This document shows, one piece after another, positions 41,611 to 53,323 of a DNA stretch of 64,000 bases. Made by a program: the position numbers and the translations under genes. Source of the DNA: Octopus vulgaris (lineage: Eukaryota); the NCBI GenBank assembly GCA_951406725.2, contig OX597832.1, positions 63,426,001-63,490,000 of the forward strand, written 5' to 3'. Under the pieces are notes generated by a model. That model had not been told where the DNA came from, made no database searches, and saw nothing but the letters and a program-made list of their open reading frames with translations. Each line of letters starts with the position of its first letter. The stretch's first letter is position 1.

Positions 41611-41832
41611 CCCTTTCGATACCAACCCGGCTGAAACCACCTCCAGCTCTGAGGTACAAATGTCTTGTTTTCATAAGTTCTGAATTAAAATCTTTCACCA
41701 AACCTTAGTTATCATCAAGCTAGTATTAGGAACATAAATTGTGACTAACTTATTTTACTAAATTCTTTGTTATATTTAAAATAAATTGAAAGAAACACAG
41801 AGTATCTCAACAGAAATATGATAACAAAAGGG
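41611..41832. mobile_element. piggyBac-type MITE (TTAA TSD)
   Basis: ttaa|ccctttcgatacc...ataacaaaaggg|ttaa. Confidence 0.8.
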
Positions 41833-41977
41833 TTAATAAGAAAGATAATCAGCAGAAGACATGAGACCTCAAATGTGGTCCCTCTATATGCTAGAAATAA
41901 TAGCCTAAATTTCCTTCACTCCACACCTTTCCAATTGCTTCTAACGTGCAAGTACCCAAATATAGAGGTGTGTTTAA

Positions 41978-42199
41978 CCCTTTTGATACCAACCTGGCTG
42001 AAACCACCTCTGGCTCTGTAGTACAACTGTCTCATTTTCAAAAGTTCTGAATTAAAATCTTCCACCAAACCTTAATCACAATTAATATTCCTAACACCAG
42101 CTTAACGATGACAAAGTTATTATATTAAATTCTTTGTTATATTTAAAATTAACTGAAAGACACACAGAGCATCTCAACTGAAATATGGTAAAGAAAGGG
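41978..42199. mobile_element. piggyBac-type MITE, second copy
   Basis: ttaa|cccttttgatacc...gaaaggg|ttaa; homologous to 41611-41832. Confidence 0.8.
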
Positions 42200-42834
42200 T
42201 TAAAGTCCATTTGTTCATGTTGGTATGGGTTGGACAAGCCAAGAGTGCAGCAGACTACCATTCTTCACAATTTCAAATCATCTTACTTCAAGAATCTTCG
42301 CAATTGAACTTGCCATTTATCCCCATAACTTTCACAGTTAGCAGATGGTATTTTTCCACCCACCAAGTGTCATCCATACATATATGTCTACAGTAAATCA
42401 GTTAAAGTGATGACAATTATGTAAACACAGCGGCAGATATTTAGTGATAAATATTTTATGTCAACATCTGTTTTAATTATGAATAAATTAACTGCAAAAC
42501 CTTCCCACCTAAAATCATATTAGACACTCAACTAATTTCAACAGCAACTCTGCTGTTCCTTTCTGTCTCAAATTGCTACTTAGAATGAAAACTAATACCT
42601 GCTAATATATAAAATTAATTTACATCTAACACCCAACGGGTCCTTGACAGTATTGTTGGAACAGCAGACAAAATGCCTTGCAGTATTTAGTTATGCCCCT
42701 TTCATTCTGAGTTCAAATCTTGTCACGGTTACTTTTGCCATTCTATACTTTCAGCTATGATACTATGAAATACTAATAAAATAATGGAGTTGATATAACT
42801 GACCATACACTCATACAACTACCATACACTCATT

Positions 42835-43025
42835 CAAATTTGTGGCCCTGTGTCCACAATACGAATTTGTGGCCCTGTGTCCACAATATAAATTTGTGAC
42901 CCTGTGCCCACAAAATAAATTTGTGGCCCTGTGTCCACATATATAAATTTGTGGCCCTATGTCCACAATACAAATTTGTGGCCGAGTCCACAATACAAAT
43001 TTGTGGCCCTGTGTCCACAATACAA
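42835..43025. repeat. Minisatellite, ~27-bp unit x7
   Basis: Unit acaaatttgtggccctgtgtccacaat; gives repetitive CGHRATN and WTQGHKF ORFs. Confidence 0.9.
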
Positions 43026-43304
43026 ATACACACATTTATACATACATACACTGACACATTAATTAAATGAAATTTATAAATGGTTGGTCTAGGATGGATT
43101 GGTGAATATAATATCCTTTTATTCTTTTGTTTCAATCATTTGACTGCGGCCATGCTGAAACACTGCCTCTAGTCAAGCAAATCGAATCCCAGGATTTATT
43201 CCTTGTAAGCCTAGTACTTATTCTATCAGTCACTTTTGCCACACCGCTAAGTTACGGGGACATAAATACACCAGCATCGGTTGTCAAGTGATGGTAGGGG
43301 GACA

Positions 43305-43480
43305 TTGTTAGCCACTACACACATTTTCTTCTCTCCTTGTTTTTTCTGTGTCCCTTTCTATAGAAGAGCATAGGCTCGAAACGTAAAAGACTTTTTCTAT
43401 TCCTAAGCGTTATACTAATACATTTGTTTGTTTTGTACACCACCTGTCTTCGTCTTTTGTTTTTTTCGTAAACTCTCCCT
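43305..43480 (+). mobile_element. Penelope pLTR-like remnant with variant hammerhead-like motif (family 2), inserted in a SINE
   Basis: cttt-CTATAGA-a-gagc-atag-gctc-GAAAC-GTA-aaag at 43354-43389; sits at the microsatellite of a family A SINE. Confidence 0.55.
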
Positions 43481-44593
43481 ATATATATATATATATATAC
43501 AACAGGCTTCTTTCATTTCTACCAAATCCAGGCTTCTACCTAATCCACTCACGAGACGATGGTTGGCCCAAGGCTATAGTAGAAGACATTTGCCCAAGGT
43601 GCCACATAGTGGGACTGAATCCTACTTACCATGAAGCCACTCCTATGTACATCTAAACAAAACATCACATTATGATGCCTCCTTTTTTATTTTATTTTTT
43701 TTGTTTCACACACACTGACACTTTGTTTAAATGTACACACATACATACACCAAAATAGAGAGTTGAATGTATTAACAAGTCAAATGTTAGAGAAACTGAG
43801 AAAGAAATAGAATGACTGCAGTCCAGTCTGACAAACTATAAATCTTATGCTTTTATCCCAATTAAAAATATATATAAATATATATACTGAAACCATAAAA
43901 GTACTAAAAACTTTACACAAGACAATTTAAAGAAGAAAAAAAAATGAAGGACAAGTGAAACTAATCTTAGGCAAAGAGAAGAAACAAATATAATTTTTTA
44001 AAAAGTAGAGATTTCAAGATTTATATGAAAGCTTAAGAAGAATAATTGTTAACCTTAAATACAGTAATTTAAGAAAAGAAGTAGGATCTAACATTTGTTG
44101 TTGTTTATATGTCACCCCATCCCCACCCCTTGGCTGAGTCAACCTTGGTCAGTAACCATATGATCAAAGCTGCTCCAGCCTTGAACATCCTATCTTTTAA
44201 TTTCATAGTGTATCCAGGAGTACATTATCCAATGTGTTTTCTTTTTAAAACACTAGAGTTGATCCGAGAGAATTAGCAGCTATTATTTTGCAAGGCTTTC
44301 AGTTACATGAATTTTATATTCGAAATATGAACAGGAAAATGTTTTGGAAAAGAAAAGAAAAACAAGTTGGATGTCGGCTTGCCCTTAGTAGCAGATTTAA
44401 TAGCCAAGTAATAAAGTAAAACAATATATATATTCAGATGTAACAGTACTCTCTCACACAAACACACATCCGCATCCCTCTGTATCTAGTTGCATAAATC
44501 ACCAGAATATAACTGTGTGCATGGGAAATATAAACAAAATATTCTTACATTATTTACATTTGACGGTTATTTATCCTCATCTTGTTTATTGTT

Positions 44594-44637
44594 AACAACG
44601 TTTCAGCTGATATACCCTCCAGCCTTCATCAGGTGTC
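44594..44637 (-). ncRNA. Minimal type I hammerhead ribozyme motif (retains GAAAC-GUU)
   Basis: Reverse complement: gacac-CTGATGA-a-ggctg-gagggtatat-cagct-GAAAC-GTT-gtt; palindromic AC/GT stem III. Confidence 0.7.
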
Positions 44638-44684
44638 TTGGGGAAATTTCAAACCTGGGTTCTCATTCCTAAGGTATTTTTCGA

Positions 44685-44720
<36 letters not shown>

Positions 44721-44906
44721 CCAGGTCCCTGCCTGGAATTGAACTCAGAATCTTGGGGTTAGTAGCCTGCGCTCTTAGCCACTACGCCATATGCCTGAGC
44801 TCTTAACCCTAAGAGTCCAAGTTCAATTCCAGGCAGTGACCTGAATAATAAGAATAACATCGAAAAACACCTTAGGAATGAGAACCCAGGTTTGAAATTT
44901 CCCCAA

Positions 44907-44952
44907 GACACCTGATGAAGGCTGGAGGGTATATCAGCCGAAACATTGTGTT
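44907..44952 (+). ncRNA. Minimal type I hammerhead ribozyme motif
   Basis: gacac-CTGATGA-a-ggctg-gagggtatat-cagcc-GAAAC-att-gtgtt. Confidence 0.7.
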
Positions 44953-47557
44953 AACAACAAACAAGATGAGGACAAATATCCGTCAAATGTAAATAATGTA
45001 AATGATGTGCATAATTCCTCATCTCTTAAATATAGAACTGTAAAATATTCTTATATCTCCTTCCTATGTTCTCTCACTTCATTCAAATCCCACCAATGCT
45101 AAAAGTTGACTTTGCCCATCATCAAACAGGAAATCAATAAATTAAGTACCAATCATGTAATGGAGTTGATTTAATCAACTCGTGCCTCAGAATTTATGAT
45201 TTGGTCCCTATGACAGGAATATTTTATTCAAGTAAAAAAAAGCAGCATTTGGGGGCAGGACTTTGTGGGAGATGAGAAAATTTGTGTCAAATGACCAAGG
45301 GTGGTCTCAGGCGGATTGGTGCCAAAAGGGGTAACAAGTTCAAAATGTCATTGTTCTGAACACAATTCTAATAAGGATATCTCTCTTTCAGAGATGGCTA
45401 AGAGTGTAAAGAGTTGATTTCAATATTTGACATAACTATTTCAGGACCTCACTTTTTCAATGTTCAAATCCCATCAAGGTCAAATTTCATTTGGAGATGG
45501 TTGAGAAAGTGGTGAAACAGACTAAATACCCTATCTCAACAAAATTCTTAGTAATCTCAGTGTTCTAGGGGGCAATTCAATCCACATCAGGATGGACTGC
45601 CTTTCATTTCTCCAGTGGTGGTATTAGTAATGTAAGCCCTACAAATATATTAATGGAATGAATTGAGAATGAACTTTGTCTTAACAAAAGAAATTATTTC
45701 CTCTAAATGTGTGTGTGTGTGTGTGTGTTTTTTTTAAGAGTTAGTTTTCAAAACAAAGTAGAAAGGAAGCCATAAGCATGTGTGTTATTGTAGACTTGTA
45801 TTAACGAGTATTCTGTATATGTGTGAAATGTGTTCGGATGTAATTCAAGAACACCAGAGGAGGTGGGGAGGAAAAAAAAACAAGCTCTATACCCTACCTT
45901 CTTTAAATAAGGGGAGAGCTTAGAAAAGAGGGGGGAAAAAAGGATTGAAATAAAATATATATGAAGCCAGAAGACACTAAGCATCCCAGTGACAATTTCT
46001 TTTTACGGTTATACGATATATAGTGAGGATAAAATATTGTCATGAACCAAAAAAAAACAGGTTTATACTGATGTGAAACTACAAAACTGTTTCATATTGC
46101 TACCATGAACATATAGAAATTCATGTGGTGATTTATGCAACTAAATACAGAGGAGTGTGTGTGGGGGGTGTAGCACTATGTTATTCGATAATATACAGAG
46201 AAAAAGGATAAAATAATAAGGAAGGGTGACCGAAATTTATGGTGTTAGGAGAAAATATTTACCAATTATGGATAGACACGTGCATTTAAAGAAACATTTG
46301 AAAAGTAGATATCATATGTTGCATAAGACTGTATACATTGCCTCTGTGTGTGTGTGTGTGTGTGTGTGACGACACATTTATATATGCATATCCCAGGTTG
46401 GCTTCATCTTTCACCCTTCCAGATGATGATAATATAAGTACCCAAGTACTGTGTACAAATGTAATTAACTATATATTGAAGGTGGTACCCCATGCTGGGG
46501 TATCATTTTCAAGTATGGCCCCAGTCTAATGACTAAAAGCAATAAAAAGTAAAAAATAAAAAAATTGAAGTGTGTATTATAACACAACCACATACAGCTG
46601 TGGTTAAAAAGTTCACTTCAAACCACTTGGTTTTAGGTTCGGTTCCATTTTGTGGCACCATGAGGTAAGTCTCTTCAATAGACCTGAACCTAGCAAAATC
46701 TTGTGAATGGATTTAATAGATGGAAACTGAAAGAATCCCATTACAAAATGTATATATGCATATGCGGGAGGGGGTGACTCTTTGTCTTAACATCACATGA
46801 CAGTTGTTAATGAGCATTGCCATCATACAATCAGTGCCTTTCACTTCCAATTTTGAGTAAAAACATGCTCAGTTATGGGTGGGGATGGGAAGAATGTTAC
46901 CCTGCTTGGAAACAGGTGAGGGCTCATAACAAGAAAGTCATCTAGCTACAGAAAATCTGCCTTAACGAATTCTGTCTGACCCATACAAACATAGAAAAGT
47001 AGATACAAAGTCCACATAAAAACCACCCATGCCAGTCCATGTAGAAAGCACTAGTACCAATACATATAAAAAAAGGATTCATGGTGGCACCACATAAAAA
47101 GCACCCAGCACACTCTGCAAAATAGTTGGTGTTAGGAAGGGCATCCAGTCATGGTTCCTATGTAGAAATAAAGCCAAATCAGACCAGAACCTGATACAGT
47201 TCTCAAGCTTGCCAACTCTGGTCAAATCCATCCAACCCATGCCAGCATGGAAAACAGATGATGATGATGATGATAAACACACACAAAACATACACATGAC
47301 TATAGCTACATATGAGCAAGGTGATGAGCTGGCAGAAACATGAGCACTCCAGGTGAAATGCTTAGCACTATTTCATCTGTCTTTATGTTCTGAGTTCAAA
47401 TTCTACTGAGGTCAACTTTGCCTTTTGTCCTTTCGGGGTCACTAAATTAAGTACCAGTTGCATACTGGGATCAATCTAATCAACTGGCCCCCTCCTCAAA
47501 ACTTTCGGGCATTGTGTCTAGAGTAGAAAAGTATATCTACATACGAGCTTACACACA

Positions 47558-47600
<43 letters not shown>

Positions 47601-48807
47601 CCATAAACCAAAGGTAAAATAAATGGGTGTCCAGTTTTAATGAGATGTATTCCTACCATTCAAGCAAATGAATTGGCCACCTGTCAAATTCTCATGTAGG
47701 TGATTGAGTATTCCATGTACATTTGTGCCCTTAACCTTTAACATGCCAACCCACCTGAGATGAGCTTTGGGTCGGTTTTAAAGCAATATACATTAAAACT
47801 TTCCATCAGAATTTCATGGTAATTCAGGCTTCAAATACAAGCTTAGTGCACAGGAGCAGCTGTGAGGTAAGTAACTTACTTACGAACCACATGGTTCCGG
47901 GTTCATTCCCACTGCATGGCACCTTGGGCAAGTGTTTTCTACTATAGCCTTGGGCTGACCAAAACCTTGTGAGTGGATTTGGTAGACGGAAACTGAAAGA
48001 AGCCCGTCATATATATGTATATGTTTGTGTGTCTGTGTTTGTCCCCCCAACAGCGCTTGACAACCGATGGTGGTGTGTTTACGTCCCCTGTAACTTAGCG
48101 GTTCAGCAAAAGAGACCAATAGAATAAGTACTAGGCTTACAAAGAATAAGTCCTGGGGTTGATTTGCTTGACTAAAGGTGGTGCTTCAGCATGGCCACAG
48201 TCAAATGACTGAAACAAGTAAAAGGGTAAAAGAAAATATACATACACATATATATATGCACATACATCTACACACACACACACATATATATACACACACA
48301 CACAAATATATTACACATATACACACACATATATATATACATGCATACACACATATACATACGTATACATACATATGCACACACACACACGCATACATAC
48401 ACACATATATATATACATACATATACAAACATATATATATATATATATATATATATTTGGTGAAATAGAAAGATGAATAATCTTGTTGCAGATTAATCAA
48501 AAGTTTAACCGATACAATATGGACACAATATGGTCCATACAGACACAATATGGTCTCCTTATTCAATCGGAATTTGGTAAATTGTGGCTTTCGAAACACA
48601 TGTAGAATGCAATAAAAGGATTTCTGTTCAATCTTCGTTCAACTCCATTTCTTCAATTCACTAATAATATATATATATATATATATATACAAGCATATAT
48701 ATAAACTTTTCAGTACCCCAGTGGCAGTTGCAATAAAATAAGTACCAGTAATATCCAACGACAAAGTTGAAAACAGCATGTATACATATAGCAATACACA
48801 CACATCT

Positions 48808-48851
<44 letters not shown>

Positions 48852-48858
48852 AGACATA

Positions 48859-48897
<39 letters not shown>

Positions 48898-49844
48898 ATG
48901 CATATGAGTGTGTGTGTATGTATATATATATATATTATATATATATATATACATCAATACATATATATGTATATATATATATATATATATATAGGTGTGT
49001 GTGTGTATATATAAATTCACAAATCCACACTTTTATACAGACAGGAGCCTAGACAAAGAAAACAGTGGTGATTAGTGCAGTGCTTGCTCCTGCTGATGAG
49101 ATACACCCCACAGATCCCCACCCTCCTCCACATTGAAGAGTCTTAACTAGTGCTGAAGTAAATCCCCTTACTGACAGAAAAGAAAAAAAAAGCATAAAAG
49201 GTAAGGGAAGAACAAATAGCTAAAAGAAGAGAAGAACTACCATCAACAACATCTTGTAGTCAGAAATTTCTTGAATGGGAAGCAGGCTTTACCAAATTCT
49301 CTAATTCCACTCCTCTTGTTCCTCCTTTCCTTTCTTGCTTCCTTTAACTATTTAAGAAGTGCTGAAGAGATGAAAGACAATAAAAAGAAAGAAAGGAAAG
49401 AGGGAGGGAGAGAATGAGAGCAGGCAGAAGGCGGAACACACTTCCTATCATCATTTTATCCTCCAAGAGCTGTACAACTGATTAAAGAATCTACTTTTTG
49501 GCTTTGGAACATGAGATGAAGAAAAAAAGGAAGAAAGGAGTTTCTATACTTTTATCATCTGAGAAATTCATCGAATTAGTTTTACTTTGAGAAATGGGAA
49601 TACTCTAAAGACACTGATTAAAGGTAAATACACAATATATATATATGTATGTATCTGTGTGTGTGTGAGTGGTTTTGTTTATATTACTTACATTTGACTA
49701 TATAGCCAGTAACTAGTAAAATCAAAGTCTTATATACATTTCTGAATGTGTGCGTGTGTAACATGATATCACAGTAAGAAAATACGTGAAAGATTCATGA
49801 ACACCTATTCATACAGATATCAAAACACATACATTCCCATGTAC

Positions 49845-50270
49845 ACACATCTTTATATACATATAAGAACATATATACACACATCTTTATATACATATAA
49901 GAACATATATACACACATCTTTATATACATATAAGAACATATAAAAACACACATCTTTATATACATATAAGAACATATTTACACACATCTTTATATACAT
50001 ATAAGAACATATATATACACACATTTTTATATACATATAAGAACATATATATATACATATAAGAATATATATATATATATATATATACACACATCTTTAT
50101 ATATAGATACACCTTTATATACATAAGAACATATTCACACACCTTTATATACATATAAGAACATATATTCACACACCTTTATATACATATAAGAATATAT
50201 ATACACACATCTTTATATACATATAAGAACATACATATATACACATTTTTATATACATGTAAGAGCATAC
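49845..50270. repeat. Minisatellite, ~34-bp unit x~12
   Basis: Unit acacacatctttatatacatataagaacatatat. Confidence 0.88.
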
Positions 50271-50301
50271 ACACACATAAACAAATATAGAGGACCGTGT
50301 G

Positions 50302-50350
<49 letters not shown>

Positions 50351-51104
50351 TATATGTATGAATGTATACATACATGTGTGAATGTGTGTGTATAGATAGA
50401 TAGATAGATAGATATGTACACACAAATATTTATGGAAATATATGTTTATATATTAAGTAGGTGGACCAATGTTAAAGAGTATAATGAGTTTTTCTCCCTA
50501 TTTATTTCATACTAATGTATATATTCTTATTTATATAACATATATACACAAACGCTATACAAACTTATACACATTTTCAAAGTAACATATAAACATGCAT
50601 GCATATATTTATGCATCTACATACCATTATATATAAACAGCTGTTCATACACACACATTCAGAGAACTATATATATATGTTACTTTGAAACTGTGTGTAA
50701 GTTTGTATAGCGTTTGTGTGTGTGTGCAATGGCCCAGTGGTTAGGGCAGCGGACTCGTGGTCATAGGATCGCGGTTTTGATTCCCAGACCGGGCGTTGTG
50801 AGTGTTTACTGAGCGAAAACACCTAAAGCTCCATGAGGCTCCGGCAGGGGATGGTGGTGATCCCTGCTGTACTCTTTCACCACAACTTTCTCTCACTCTT
50901 ACTTCCTGTTTCTGTTGTACCTGTATTTCAAAGGGCCGGCCATGTCACTCTCTGTGTCACGCTGAATATCCCCAAGCACTACGTTAAGGGTACACGTGTC
51001 TGTGGAGTGCTCAGCCACTTACACGTTAATTTCACGAGCAGGCTGTTCTGTTGATTCGGATCAACCGGAACCCTCGTCGTCGTAACCGACGGAGTGCTTC
51101 CAGA

Positions 51105-51153
<49 letters not shown>

Positions 51154-51466
51154 GTGTGCAGGCATGGCTGTGTGGTAAGTAGCTTGCTTACTAACCACAT
51201 GGTTCTGGGTTCAGCCCCACACCTTCAGTAAGTGTCTTCTACTATAGCCTCAGGCCGACCAAAGTCTTGTATATATATATATATATAAAAACTTAGATAA
51301 AACTTGGATGTGTTTCGACCAAAGATTGGTCCAGGCCATGTCTAACTTAATAGCACCACCTGATAGGATTATCTAAATCCTGTTTAAGTCAAGTTTTTTT
51401 TATGATCCGTTCAAGTAGTGAGTTTTTGTTGGGTGAGTTGTATCCAATTATATATATACATATATA

Positions 51467-51546
<80 letters not shown>

Positions 51547-52804
51547 TGTGTTTGTCCCCCAACCATTGCTTGACAACCAATGCTGGTGTGTTTACGTCCC
51601 TGTAACTTAGTGCTTCAGCAAAGAGACTGATAGATTAAATACTAGGCTTACAAGGAATAAGTTCTGGGGTCGATTTGTTCGACTAAAGGCGGTGCATGGC
51701 CACAGTCAAATGACTGAAGCAAAAGAATAACAGAATATACACACACACATATGCATACATGTATTCACATACATACTACAATATGCATACACATATTTAC
51801 ACACGTATTAATATATCCATACAATTTACTTACACAGGCATGCATATTCATATATACATACACACATGTATATACACACACAAACACATACATGCATGAA
51901 CATGTATAGTTGTATATACATATATACACTCATCATATATGTATACTATACAGGTCAAATGTTTTAGCTTTCAATACAATAAGTATATAAAAACCATCTT
52001 TGTTTACATAACATACATTTCCTTTTCTCTTTCCCCGTAAAGTCAGACAAAAACAATATTATTCAATATTTTTATATTTTCACAAATATTTTATAATTAT
52101 TAGAAAAAAGACAAATCTCTACATCAAATGCATATGAAATAGATAAACATTTTATAAAATGTTGACTTATAGAATTCAGTCCACAAGTAATTCAAATTAT
52201 AAATTAAATAATGTGGATATTTACAAACAAAATCCTAATTATTTGTTTTTAATTATAGGTTTGTGAAAGAGGAGAGAGAGAGTTTGATAAGTGATATACA
52301 CGAAACTAGCTGCTCTTGAGCCACTTCTGTAACTTGTTGATTTAAAAAATCAAAAATTAATATGTACTCATGTACTTCTCATGCTTGCTCTACCAAGCTT
52401 TTTTTTTTTGTGTGTGTGTGTGTACACACACACATCATCAATTAACATCCATTTCCCATTCTGACATGGATTCAATGGTGTGAAAGGAATTGGTGTGCCA
52501 GAGGGCTGCACCAGGTCCCAATCTGTTCTGGCATGATTTCTGCAGCTGGACACCCTTCTTAATGCCAACTGCTTTGCAGAATGTACTGGGTACATTTTTG
52601 TAGTGCCAACACAGGTGCTTTTTTTTAATATTCCACACACACACACACATGGCCCCTGACCTTGCTAGCTCCTGTCAAAAATGGTCATTAAATGATGGTG
52701 ATCTGCAGATATATATCTGCCTTTGTATATAATATACATTTATGTATGTGCACGTATATATGTGTGTGTGTGTGTAGATAAAAATGTAACTGTGCACACA
52801 CCCA

Positions 52805-52847
<43 letters not shown>

Positions 52848-53323
52848 ACACACACACACACAAACATGTGCAAAAGATATGTCTGAAAATTTTTTTTACA
52901 TGGAAATCTGTTCACAATTATACTTTTGGGTGGATTCTTGGAACACGCCAACAAACACAATACTTAACAGAATGACCAACAATGCCTCAGTACAAATAAA
53001 CAAAACAGATTCAAATAGTCACACCACAATCATTTAAAACACAAAAACATTTTTATCAACAGAATTTAAATAAATAGAGAAATGCTGCTTTCATTGAAAA
53101 ATTAACGAGTTATGGCAAAATAACACCAGCAAAATAAAATTAAAAAATTTTTCCCCATTATTTATCAAGAATTAGAATTTTATTATTATTTCTTTTAACT
53201 TAATACAATGATAAGCATGAAGCACTGAATATTTTTTTGTTGTTTGTTTTTGTGCATGTAAGTGCATATATGAAGAAAACTAATATATTTTTCTCTTTCT
53301 TCTTCCAAAGACAGTAAATAAAT

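Larger units (their letters stand above)
44548..45041. mobile_element. Inverted (head-to-head) dimer of the hammerhead-bearing tRNA SINE with 12-bp flanking duplication
   Basis: Full copy on minus (44548-44797) and a 5'-truncated copy on plus (44804-45041) with an extra 3' tail; aaaatattctta at 44536-44547 and 45042-45053. Confidence 0.85.

Noticed and set aside
42835-43025. CRISPR-like periodic repeat
   Set aside because: Units are contiguous with no unique spacers, there are no cas genes, and the context is eukaryotic; it is a minisatellite.
50728-50800. tRNA-like sequence (also at 9280, 11177 and 44730)
   Set aside because: A and B boxes are present but there is no complete acceptor stem, and each continues into a SINE body; these are SINE heads, not tRNA genes.
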